In this document: positions 24,290 through 33,059 of the stretch, one piece after another
Layout: each line of letters begins with the position of its first letter
Numbering within the stretch: position 1 is the first letter of the stretch
Virus record (IMG/VR): IMGVR_UViG_3300008261_001864
Span: 1-64,000 of that record
DNA from: a virus
Direction: 5' to 3' (one strand)
DNA: 64,000 nt
Program-made: the position numbers and the translations under genes
The notes under the pieces: generated by a model
The model's database searches: none
Seen by the model: only the letters and a program-made list of their open reading frames with translations
What the model was told of the DNA's origin: nothing

Positions 24290-27200
24290 TTACGGCCCCG
24301 CAAGCTGGATGGTGGACGGATCGAGGTCGGCCTTCACGTTGTCGCGGATCAGCGGGTGTCCCTCGATGCGGTAGTAGTCGAGGGCAGCGTTACCCTCGCC
24401 AACGCCCACGGTCGAGAACGCCACGACGGCGGGCGCATATCCCAACACAGTAGGCCGCTGGACCTGTGTGGCTACCATCATCATCAGTTCGTCGCCAGCC
24501 GAACCCTCATAGACCCCCTTGGGAGTCACGGTGTTGCGAACCAAGTAGGCGACACCAGCCAATACCTTCGTCTCGTCGTTGAAGGGCAGCATGGTACCCA
24601 CGATGCCAGGGGCCACCCACCCACCCGGGTTGTCGCCACTCACCGTATAGCCTGACCCGCCTCGGTTGGTACGGAAGTTCGTGAAGGGTGCCGCAGCATC
24701 GGGGGTCGAGCCGTCCACATGGACAATCATGTTTCCGGCTGCGCCGGAACTGTCGGCCAACCGCACAACGCTCGTGACCTCTAGGCTGGACGAGGGGGCC
24801 ATACCGGCAAACTCACCGACAAGGCTGGGGTTCCCCATCACGGTCTGACCAAGCTGATGCTGCGCGAAGTAAGTGCCGGTGAAGTCCTTGTCACGCCACA
24901 GGGCACCCAAGGGCAACCGCTCCGTCAGGCCGTTGTACCGCGACACATAGGTGTGCGGGAAGTCAGCGGAGAGGAAGGTGTTGCCATAGAAGTTCGGGCG
25001 ATCAGCCGACGGGTTGGTTGGGGGATAGTTGGTGAGGTCCTCTTGACCAAGGTTTCCGAGTGGGTTGACGTCACTCACCTGCCCCGCGATGCGCCCCGTA
25101 CCAGCCGTCGTCATGAAGGGCAACGACGCCAGCACCTCAAAGACCTTCTCGTTCGGCCTCGTCAGCGCCGAGACGTCGGGCTTCGTTGTCGCAAGCTGGT
25201 TGGCGGTACCCGAGTCCAACGGACCCACTAGCTGGCCGATGTCCAAGTTGGAGGTCTGCGTACCCCACGCATCGCCACCATAGGGCGTCCTGCTGTAGTT
25301 GAAGAGAGCCGTGTCGCTGGCAGGTAGCGGGGCCGGAAGTACGCTGACAGGACCAGCCACCATCGCCGTAGTGCCCGCAGCGATGGGGTTGATGTTGTTG
25401 GTGTAGCGGTTGGCAACGTTCGTATCGGCTGCCTGCGTCCGCATCGTCGTGCTGCCCGACGACACATAGCGGGTCAACACGATACGGACCTCCCGCTTCG
25501 TCATGGACGCGATGTTGAACGGAGCCTCCTCGGGCGGCTCCGAGAACGCATCACGGTCAAACCCGAAGATGCTCGCCTCGATGACGTAATCGCCAGCCGA
25601 GAAGTTGGCGAGGGGGTTGGGCGACCGCGACACGTCCAAGCAGGCAGAGTTCAAGATGAACGTCGCATCGCCGTCCTCGTCCACCTCGATCCAAAAGGTC
25701 GGTCCCTGCACGTCCTGCCGCAGCAGGTTGACGGCACCCGTCGGCGGGTCGATGAGTTGGCGGGTCAACGAGTTGAAGGGCGACCCGTTGTCGCGGTAAT
25801 CCGCTGCCTCATAGACACCAAAGAGGCGAGCAATACCGTAGAAGGGCGGCAGTTCAAGGCCGGTCCGACCCATCCCTCGGGGGTCCGAGAAGTGCCGGAT
25901 GCCCGCGTAGTTCTGCCCCGACCGCGAGAAACTGCCGTTGTAGACAGCGGGCGGGTAGGGCGTATTGAGATTCAGGGTCGAGAAGATCGCATAGCTGACG
26001 TTGTTGAGGTACGGGACAAAGTTCCGCTCGGAGTCCGCGAAGGACGAAGCCGTGCCCGAGTAGAACATGAAGTTGATGCCCCGTCCGAACGTCGCTCCAT
26101 CCGAAGGCTGGATGGGAACGTGGACGGCACCGGCCTTCGGGATCAGGTGGGCAGGCAGGCTGACGTACATATTCTTGGAGGACGTCTGCCCGTCCGTCGA
26201 ACCAGAGAACAGGCCCAGCGGGTCTGTCGTCGTCCACTTGGAGGATAGGCCGTCACGCTTGAACCTCGGCATCAACCCTTGCGCGGTACGGATTTCGTAA
26301 CTGAGTCCCGTTTGCGTGACATGGATGGGCCGATCCAACGTCACCGACGCCGTTGCGACGGCCGTGATCGTGTACCGCCCCTGCTGGAAGCCATCCTTGA
26401 TGATAAGCGCCATGCCGACTGTCACGCCCGACAGCGTAAAGTTCTGGGTGGCGTCCGTAAACCCTCTGAAACCAGATGACGTTTGGCCTGCCGTGCCCGC
26501 CAGGAAAACGGTGCCCGTCGAGACGTTCGCAGCGGTACCGTCCATCGTCTTGAGGGTAGTGGGCCACGAGAACCGACGGAACGGCTGCACCACCAAGGTC
26601 TTGGAGCCAGCGTCAACGTAGGACTCGGCGGTGACAGGCAGCGGGCCTGGAACCCCAGCGGGCGGCAAGTCCGCGTACTTGCTCCACGAGGGCGCAAAAG
26701 CCGTGTCCATCCGATAGTTGTCGGCGGGGTAGGAAGCGGCTCGCCGCAGAACCGTTGTGGATGGTCCCTGTAGGTTGACGGAGTGGATCGCATCAGAGAC
26801 GCGAGCCGTACCACGCCCCGCCCCGTAGAGCGCCCAGACCTTGATGAACATTCGGCGGTTTGCCACGGTCGGGAAGCTGTTGACCCCATCGCCCAACGTG
26901 ATGAGCATATCGTCGTTGGCCGTAAACTCCGTCGGAACGGCGTTCGTGGAGGTCACCGTGTAGTACAGGGGCGAGATCGGGTAGGTGTCGCCGTCGAGCC
27001 GCAGTTCAACCGTGAAGTTGACGTCGTTGACCCACCGCACTTGATCGAGGTCCGATCCCAAGCCAGCCTTGAGTTGAGCGATCTCCAACTTCAAGACGTC
27101 GCCGTTGTCAAACTGCGCGGCTCCAATCGTCGAGGGAGCGATCCGCTTGACCTCTAGGTTGAGATCGAACGCCGAGTTGTAGTTGACGGGCGCGGTGCCC

Positions 27201-28693
27201 GTGACCGGCTCGATGACCACCTCAAAGGGCTGGGCAACGATAGCATCCGAGAAGATCAGACGGTTTCCGTCGGGCTGATCCAACTCCGAAACCGCCAGCG
27301 AGGTTCCCGTCGAAACCATGTCCTGATAGGCAACGAGGGTACCCTGCGTACCACCGTTGGACCGCTTCCAGTTGGCCCGCAACTCGCCCTTCAACAGCTT
27401 GTCGAAGTTGTAGCGGAGCAGGGACTCGTAGTTGAAGCCGTTGGGGTTCACGACGTGCCGCAGGTCGAGGATGTCCGTGGACGCCACCTGATCTGCAAAG
27501 AGTCCATCGGGACGGCTCGACAGCACACGGACCACCGACCCCACAGGATGGGCCTCGGGGATCGTCCCAGCCTGACCCCGAAGGACGTTGTTGAGCGTGT
27601 TGCCGGTGGTCCCTTGGTAGGTCAGAATCTCATCGCCAATCTGGATGGTGATGGGCGACAACGAGGCCAACGGGAGCGGGGTGTTGGCGATGTTGGTCAA
27701 CGTGACATTGGTGGCAACCGCGCTGCCCGTGAGTGCTACCGAAAGCGTCGGAGTGACCGAGAACGTCTTGACACCCGTGCGGTCAACCGCCGTGGGGTTC
27801 CTGTTGATGGCCCCGTTCAAGTTGGGGCTGGGATGACCCAACCACACCACGGAGTTGCGACGGAACACCGCGCACAGGGGGATCGCATAGACGTACCCAT
27901 CGACGGTGCCGAGGGCGTTCTGGGTGCCGTCGCCAGCCCGCCAGAGGCCAGCGTCACCCAACTCCTGCCTCATGTTCTGGAAGGTGTAGAGGGTGGGCGA
28001 TGTAGCCGCGCCCTGTCCCTTCACATAGGAGGTGTCGAACCCGTCGGGGAAGTTCGAGAGTCCCACAGGACCCTTCACGACGCGGATTCGGTACTGTAGC
28101 TGGACTCGCTGGCTCGACTCAAAGCCGAGGCTGGGGTCCAAGAGATCGTCGGGCAGGAACGTGTAGCCTCCCTCGACGTTGCCGTAGCGGTACAGGTTGG
28201 ACGACGTAGGCTTGTTGGCCGTCGAAGGGTTGGGGGCCACGCGGGCTTGCCAAACCTCAAGAAACACGAAGTCGGCCCGCTGGTCCCCCGCATTGGCAGG
28301 GGGCGGGTCAAGTGCGATGATGTTGGTGGTGTCGAGATCGTTGGCGGCACCCGGCGGGGTGCCCGTGCGGGTGCCCATCACGGGGACAAGCCACCCATTG
28401 ACGTTCGCCCACATCACAGACTGATTCTCGCCAAGCCGCTGACGCCCAAAACGGAACCAGTTGGACCACATGGGGTTCGTCTGGAAGTCCGCAAGAAGGC
28501 TCGTCTCGTTGCCAAGCCAACCCGACGGCACACCGCTCAATACTCCCTTGCGGGAGACGTCCAGCATCATCTCCTGCAACAGGTTGAACTCCGCGTCCAT
28601 CGGAGGCTTACCCTGTTGCAGGATGACCTCACGGAACTCACGCGCCGTGGGATCGAGAACTCGTGAAACGCCGGGGCCCAGATTCGTCGCCAT
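24290..28693 (-). CDS. Large baseplate/tail-fibre-anchor structural protein (paralog of 33060-35630)
   Basis: 1467 aa, beta-rich; N-terminal VILQQGKPPMDAEFN motif typical of tail/baseplate attachment domains. Confidence 0.75.
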   Translation of the reverse strand: MATNLGPGVSRVLDPTAREFREVILQQGKPPMDAEFNLLQEMMLDVSRKGVLSGVPSGWLGNETSLLADFQTNPMWSNWFRFGRQRLGENQSVMWANVNGWLVPVMGTRTGTPPGAANDLDTTNIIALDPPPANAGDQRADFVFLEVWQARVAPNPSTANKPTSSNLYRYGNVEGGYTFLPDDLLDPSLGFESSQRVQLQYRIRVVKGPVGLSNFPDGFDTSYVKGQGAATSPTLYTFQNMRQELGDAGLWRAGDGTQNALGTVDGYVYAIPLCAVFRRNSVVWLGHPSPNLNGAINRNPTAVDRTGVKTFSVTPTLSVALTGSAVATNVTLTNIANTPLPLASLSPITIQIGDEILTYQGTTGNTLNNVLRGQAGTIPEAHPVGSVVRVLSSRPDGLFADQVASTDILDLRHVVNPNGFNYESLLRYNFDKLLKGELRANWKRSNGGTQGTLVAYQDMVSTGTSLAVSELDQPDGNRLIFSDAIVAQPFEVVIEPVTGTAPVNYNSAFDLNLEVKRIAPSTIGAAQFDNGDVLKLEIAQLKAGLGSDLDQVRWVNDVNFTVELRLDGDTYPISPLYYTVTSTNAVPTEFTANDDMLITLGDGVNSFPTVANRRMFIKVWALYGAGRGTARVSDAIHSVNLQGPSTTVLRRAASYPADNYRMDTAFAPSWSKYADLPPAGVPGPLPVTAESYVDAGSKTLVVQPFRRFSWPTTLKTMDGTAANVSTGTVFLAGTAGQTSSGFRGFTDATQNFTLSGVTVGMALIIKDGFQQGRYTITAVATASVTLDRPIHVTQTGLSYEIRTAQGLMPRFKRDGLSSKWTTTDPLGLFSGSTDGQTSSKNMYVSLPAHLIPKAGAVHVPIQPSDGATFGRGINFMFYSGTASSFADSERNFVPYLNNVSYAIFSTLNLNTPYPPAVYNGSFSRSGQNYAGIRHFSDPRGMGRTGLELPPFYGIARLFGVYEAADYRDNGSPFNSLTRQLIDPPTGAVNLLRQDVQGPTFWIEVDEDGDATFILNSACLDVSRSPNPLANFSAGDYVIEASIFGFDRDAFSEPPEEAPFNIASMTKREVRIVLTRYVSSGSTTMRTQAADTNVANRYTNNINPIAAGTTAMVAGPVSVLPAPLPASDTALFNYSRTPYGGDAWGTQTSNLDIGQLVGPLDSGTANQLATTKPDVSALTRPNEKVFEVLASLPFMTTAGTGRIAGQVSDVNPLGNLGQEDLTNYPPTNPSADRPNFYGNTFLSADFPHTYVSRYNGLTERLPLGALWRDKDFTGTYFAQHQLGQTVMGNPSLVGEFAGMAPSSSLEVTSVVRLADSSGAAGNMIVHVDGSTPDAAAPFTNFRTNRGGSGYTVSGDNPGGWVAPGIVGTMLPFNDETKVLAGVAYLVRNTVTPKGVYEGSAGDELMMMVATQVQRPTVLGYAPAVVAFSTVGVGEGNAALDYYRIEGHPLIRDNVKADLDPSTIQLAGP

Positions 28694-28725
28694 GTCGTGT
28701 CCCTACCTTACCGATGTGGGTCTGA

Positions 28726-29382
28726 TTAGTAGATGACCGCCCAACCACCAAGTCCACGGGGGGTCGATAGACTGCCCGTCCCTGTGAACTCAAGGATCAG
28801 TTGCGTACCTTGGTTGATGACCGGCACAGTCAACACCCCTCCAGAGGTAGCGGTCAACCACGAGCCGCCGTTGTCGAACGACACGTTGCAGGTGAGGTCC
28901 GATGGCGACCTCTCCGTGTAGGTCAGGGCGGTCTGGCTCGTCGAAGTGGATGTCGTCCGCGTCGTCTCGAACGCCTCCCACACGATCACACAGGTGGATG
29001 GAGCGGGGGCTGTCAAAGTCTGCATGACCGTCCGAACGGTCTGGGTGGCCCGCAGCCGACACTTGCCTCGATCCCCAAACGCCCCCTTGGGCGTGTATGC
29101 GCCAGCCGCCACAAGGTTGAGGTCCGTGATGTCCAGCAGGTCATCGGTGGCGATACGGGTGAAGCCTGGGTAGGCGGCCAGCATCGCCGTGGCCTTCTGG
29201 GTGATGAGGCCCGTCTGTGCCGTGTAGAGGCCCACAGGGTCCCGCACCGTCAGGTAGTCGGGGACGTTGACGATGCAGCCCCCTGGGTACTGCACGGGAG
29301 CGGAGCCACCCACGAGAACGTCCACGATCTTGGAGTTCGCAAAGGTCGCCGTGTGGTAGTCGATGACGTAGAGACTGCTCAT
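28726..29382 (-). CDS. Putative virion structural protein
   Basis: 218 aa, Thr-rich, VSFDNGGSW (Asp-box-like), within the tail block. Confidence 0.65.
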   Translation of the reverse strand: MSSLYVIDYHTATFANSKIVDVLVGGSAPVQYPGGCIVNVPDYLTVRDPVGLYTAQTGLITQKATAMLAAYPGFTRIATDDLLDITDLNLVAAGAYTPKGAFGDRGKCRLRATQTVRTVMQTLTAPAPSTCVIVWEAFETTRTTSTSTSQTALTYTERSPSDLTCNVSFDNGGSWLTATSGGVLTVPVINQGTQLILEFTGTGSLSTPRGLGGWAVIY

Positions 29383-29636
29383 GGCGTGTCACTCGCGGGG
29401 GCGTCGGGTGTAGCCGTACCCGAAGATGCCTGTTCAAGTGCTGGTCGTTGTGGTTTGTAGCGTTCTTTCCAGTCAAACCCAACCTCCAAGTCGTAGCCCA
29501 TTGGAGGGTGCTTGTTCTCGTCGTACTGCTCTCTGGTATAGGGGGCTTCGCCTATCGGGCGAACGCCGTCCCACCAAAAAATCTCTACGATTTTGTTTGT
29601 CTCGGGGTCGATGCTCACCCATTCCGTCGCAGGCAT
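29379..29636 (-). CDS. Small acidic protein, possible tail-fibre assembly chaperone
   Basis: ATG 29636 with AGGAGG RBS; directly downstream of a fibre gene; NKIVEIFWWDG...VGFDW. Confidence 0.55.
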   Translation of the reverse strand: MPATEWVSIDPETNKIVEIFWWDGVRPIGEAPYTREQYDENKHPPMGYDLEVGFDWKERYKPQRPALEQASSGTATPDAPASDTP

Positions 29637-29644
29637 ACACCCTC

Positions 29645-32600
29645 CTAGTACAGAAAGACAATGACGGTGCCAGACGAACCCCTGCCGCCGGTTCCACCGT
29701 CGCTGGCTACCAAGTTGAAGCCCGCTGAACTCCCGCTGACGTAACATCCAGCGCCGCCACCGCCGCCACCGCCGCCGCCTCGACCAACGCCGCCCGCCCC
29801 GGGTGACTGTAGATAAAAGGTGGTCTGAAACGGGCCAGAGAAGTAAGTGGCACCACCACCGCCACCACCACCACCACCCGCACTACGAATCCAACTCGGA
29901 CCACTATCCCCGCCACCCGTGCCACCAGCCCCGCCGGGGTTACCCGATGGAGTACCACCGCTGGTAGAAGCAAAAAGGGATGTGCCTCCCTGCCCACCGT
30001 CGCCGCCGTAGCGTTCTGCGGTGAGGGAATAAGCGGGGGACACTCCACTAAACGTGGGGTCGTTGATACTGCCGCCACCGCCACCGCCGCCAGCACCATA
30101 GGAAGCGCCAGAGCCGTCCGAGCCTGCTCCTGTCGTCTGTGACCCGCCTCCCGCAGCCCCAGCGCCTTCGTAATCGTGGGGTTCGCCATAAACAGCCCCA
30201 CCAGAACCTCCTGCGGCAGAGGCGGTGTTGGCGGGTGCTGCAACAGCCCCACCCGCGCCACCGTTACCGGGACGCGCTTGGGCTATCCTCTTGTAGCCCG
30301 TTCCGTCGGCTTCACCATAGTTCCGAGTGGAACCGTCATGCACAAGAACGTAAGTATCCCCTCCACCCGCACCGCCGGGGTTACCCGTATCGTAATCATT
30401 TTCGGGTAGGCTACCACCCGAACCACCAGTACCACCAGCAGGCACCTTGAAGTAGAACTTGGTAATATCGGATAGAGGAACAACATCTAAACGAGGCGTA
30501 CCCCAGCTACCACCACCACCGCCACCACCACCGCTGGCTTTCGCGTAAGAATAAAAGACAGGGCCGGGAAAGGCCGTGGTCTGGGCCGTCCCTTTACCGC
30601 CGCCGCCGCCACCGCCACCAGCCCCGCAAACATAGACGCGGGCAAAGTTGTACCTAGAGTCCCAAGCCGTGCCTTTGACGTATTCGCCGGAACCGTCCGT
30701 GCTTGTGATAATCCAAACTTTTGTCGGAGCGAACGCCGTCCAACCCGTCCCGTTGTGCGACAGCACGTCACCAGCCACACCGGCAACGCCCGTCACGACC
30801 TCCGAACTATTCAAAACTAGGGCTTCGTTGGGGCCGGTGCTTGACGTATCTAGCCAAACAATCCGGCTCCCATTACCAATCTTGATCCTCTGGATAATGG
30901 CAGCAGAAGTACCAATGTCGATTCCTTCCGTGCCTTCTATGTAGGTCGTGGTCAATGACCCGTTCGGCCCTAGTTCTCCGATTCTGATGGTAGTATCTTC
31001 GGAGCGGTTTCCAATAACTATGTCTGTGCCAGAGATTGTCGTTTTAGTAGCGACCTTTTCGCCGGGGTTTGCCCAATCGCTTCCTACCCAGACTTGCTTT
31101 CCCCGCAGGTAGGTATTTGTGCCTGTCGCGTCATAGTTGCCGACGTAGGTTGAAGCGTTGTTCGCCAGCGTGGTGCCAATCAAAATCTGGGCGGTCGAGG
31201 TACTGGCCCCGACAAAGACGTTGTTGCCGCGCAGGTAGGTGTTGGTGGTCTGGTTGGCCGCCCCCGTCGAGGCGTTCTTGGCCCCGAGGTACAGGTCGGT
31301 CGTAGCCTCCACCCACGTCGTCGTTGCGTTCGTGGGCGTCGGGGAAGCATCGTCGCCACCCACAAAGACCGTCGTGCCTCGCAGGTACGCCTTCGTGGTC
31401 GTCGCCACCGTGCCAAGGTACAGAGTGGTCGAGTCCGTACCAACCGAAAGAGTTACGCCTTGCAGCGACACGGTGGTGCCGTTTTCCCCTACCGTGACCG
31501 TCTGCCCTCTGATCTGGGTAATCACGCCTGAGTTGGCTTGGCCTATGTAGATGTCAGCCTTTGCGCCAGGCGAACTCCCAATCCTGACCATCTGAGCGTC
31601 ATCATCGAACCCAATGTTTATAAAAGTCCCTCTCAAAAAGGTGTTGAGGGAGGTGCCGATGGGGGGTGAGTGGCCCAAGAACAGAGAACCACCGTCGGTG
31701 ATTTGTGATCCGACCGAAACCGTAGTGGTTGTGTTGTTACCTACCACAATCTGCACACCCTTGACGTAGGTGTTGGCAGACACCTCGGCGTTATCGCCAC
31801 CGACATAGACTTTCTCGCCTCGCACGGAAGTCTCGACTCCCGTGGTGGCCGTGACAGGCCCGACCGTCACGATACCGTTGGCCGCCATCACCGTGCCGAC
31901 GGATGTGATCGTAGTGTTTAGGGACGATCCAAAACTGGCTGTATTTCCGTCAATCTCAACATCGACCGCACCCCCAGACGGAGCGTAGCCCATCTTGATA
32001 TTGGCAAGAGTGGGGTTCGTGAGAGTGCCAATGTTGATGTAGCCGGTATTGGCGCTGACCCCGATGTTGACCGTAGAACCACGCAGCCAAGTGGTGGTGG
32101 TCTGGTCGGCGTCACCGACAGAAGCGTTCTTGGCTCCAAGGTACAGAGTGGTAGCCGCCTCAACCCACGTCGTCGTTGCGTTCGTGGGAGTCGGGGAAGC
32201 ATCATCGCCACCCACAAAGACCGTCGTGCCTCGCAGGTACGCCTTTGTGGTCGTCGCCACCGTTCCCATCGTGAGCGTGGTCGATCCAACACCGACGTTC
32301 ACGGTGTTGCCAGCCAGAGCCGTCGTCACCGTACCAGCCGTCGTGTTGCCGACCGTGACGGTGGCCGAGTTTGCGGTCGTCGTACCAACGCTGATCGCGG
32401 ACGTGTTCGTGTCGTTTCCGACACCCACCGTGTTGCCGTGGATGTTCGTCGCAACCGCGCCGCCGACGAAAGACGATGCGTTACCTACCTGAACGGTCGC
32501 GGTAGCGTCCGTGACGCTACCGACGCTGATCGTGGTCGTGTCGGAGTCGTTACCCACCCCGACCGTGTTGCCGTGGATGTTCGTCGCAATCGTGCCGCCC

Positions 32601-33052
32601 CACGCGGCGAAACCCAGTTGAATCAATGCGTTGTTAGCGACCGTGTTACCGATCCAGATGGCCGTTGTATCGTCGTCATTACCAATGGCAACCGTGTTGC
32701 CGTGGATGATCGTATCGACCGTGCCACCGGGAGGCGCGTTGCCTAGCTGGATGGTAGCGGTCGTGGAAGTCTGGCCCAAGAGGCCGATACGGATGTTGGA
32801 GCCACGGATTTCGGTGTCCGAGGCGACCCTGCCCATCGTCAGAGCCGTCTGCGACACCGTACCGATGTCGAGAGCGCCCGTGGAATCGAACCACGGCGAC
32901 AAGACCTGTGTGGAGGCGAACAACACCGAGACGCTGGTGATGCCCGTACCAGCCCCCGAGGGAGCCAGCAGGGCGTTGGCAGGCACCGTAGAGGCAGGGA
33001 GTCGGCCCGCCCCCGGTTGAACGATCTGGTTAGGGTCTGAGTTGATAGGCAT
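29645..33052 (-). CDS. Tail fibre/adhesin: beta-helical repeats plus C-terminal glycine-rich domain
   Basis: Many T.(I/L).G.TV.(V/I)G repeats; C-terminal ARVYVCGAGGGGGGGG...GGTGGRGSSGTVIV. Confidence 0.82.
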   Translation of the reverse strand: MPINSDPNQIVQPGAGRLPASTVPANALLAPSGAGTGITSVSVLFASTQVLSPWFDSTGALDIGTVSQTALTMGRVASDTEIRGSNIRIGLLGQTSTTATIQLGNAPPGGTVDTIIHGNTVAIGNDDDTTAIWIGNTVANNALIQLGFAAWGGTIATNIHGNTVGVGNDSDTTTISVGSVTDATATVQVGNASSFVGGAVATNIHGNTVGVGNDTNTSAISVGTTTANSATVTVGNTTAGTVTTALAGNTVNVGVGSTTLTMGTVATTTKAYLRGTTVFVGGDDASPTPTNATTTWVEAATTLYLGAKNASVGDADQTTTTWLRGSTVNIGVSANTGYINIGTLTNPTLANIKMGYAPSGGAVDVEIDGNTASFGSSLNTTITSVGTVMAANGIVTVGPVTATTGVETSVRGEKVYVGGDNAEVSANTYVKGVQIVVGNNTTTTVSVGSQITDGGSLFLGHSPPIGTSLNTFLRGTFINIGFDDDAQMVRIGSSPGAKADIYIGQANSGVITQIRGQTVTVGENGTTVSLQGVTLSVGTDSTTLYLGTVATTTKAYLRGTTVFVGGDDASPTPTNATTTWVEATTDLYLGAKNASTGAANQTTNTYLRGNNVFVGASTSTAQILIGTTLANNASTYVGNYDATGTNTYLRGKQVWVGSDWANPGEKVATKTTISGTDIVIGNRSEDTTIRIGELGPNGSLTTTYIEGTEGIDIGTSAAIIQRIKIGNGSRIVWLDTSSTGPNEALVLNSSEVVTGVAGVAGDVLSHNGTGWTAFAPTKVWIITSTDGSGEYVKGTAWDSRYNFARVYVCGAGGGGGGGGKGTAQTTAFPGPVFYSYAKASGGGGGGGGSWGTPRLDVVPLSDITKFYFKVPAGGTGGSGGSLPENDYDTGNPGGAGGGDTYVLVHDGSTRNYGEADGTGYKRIAQARPGNGGAGGAVAAPANTASAAGGSGGAVYGEPHDYEGAGAAGGGSQTTGAGSDGSGASYGAGGGGGGGSINDPTFSGVSPAYSLTAERYGGDGGQGGTSLFASTSGGTPSGNPGGAGGTGGGDSGPSWIRSAGGGGGGGGGATYFSGPFQTTFYLQSPGAGGVGRGGGGGGGGGAGCYVSGSSAGFNLVASDGGTGGRGSSGTVIVFLY
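31272..31411. repeat. 140-bp intragenic direct repeat, copy 1 (copy 2 at 32124-32263)
   Basis: Near-identical DNA encoding the identical peptide GTVATTTKAYLRGTTVFVGGDDASPTPTNATTTWVEA. Confidence 0.92.
32124..32263. repeat. 140-bp intragenic direct repeat, copy 2
   Basis: 852 nt (in frame) from copy 1. Confidence 0.92.
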
Positions 33053-33059
33053 TACGTCC

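Noticed and set aside
31272-32263. Diversity-generating retroelement TR/VR pair
   Set aside because: Differences are mostly synonymous and not adenine-specific, both copies are mid-gene, and there is no reverse transcriptase in the window.
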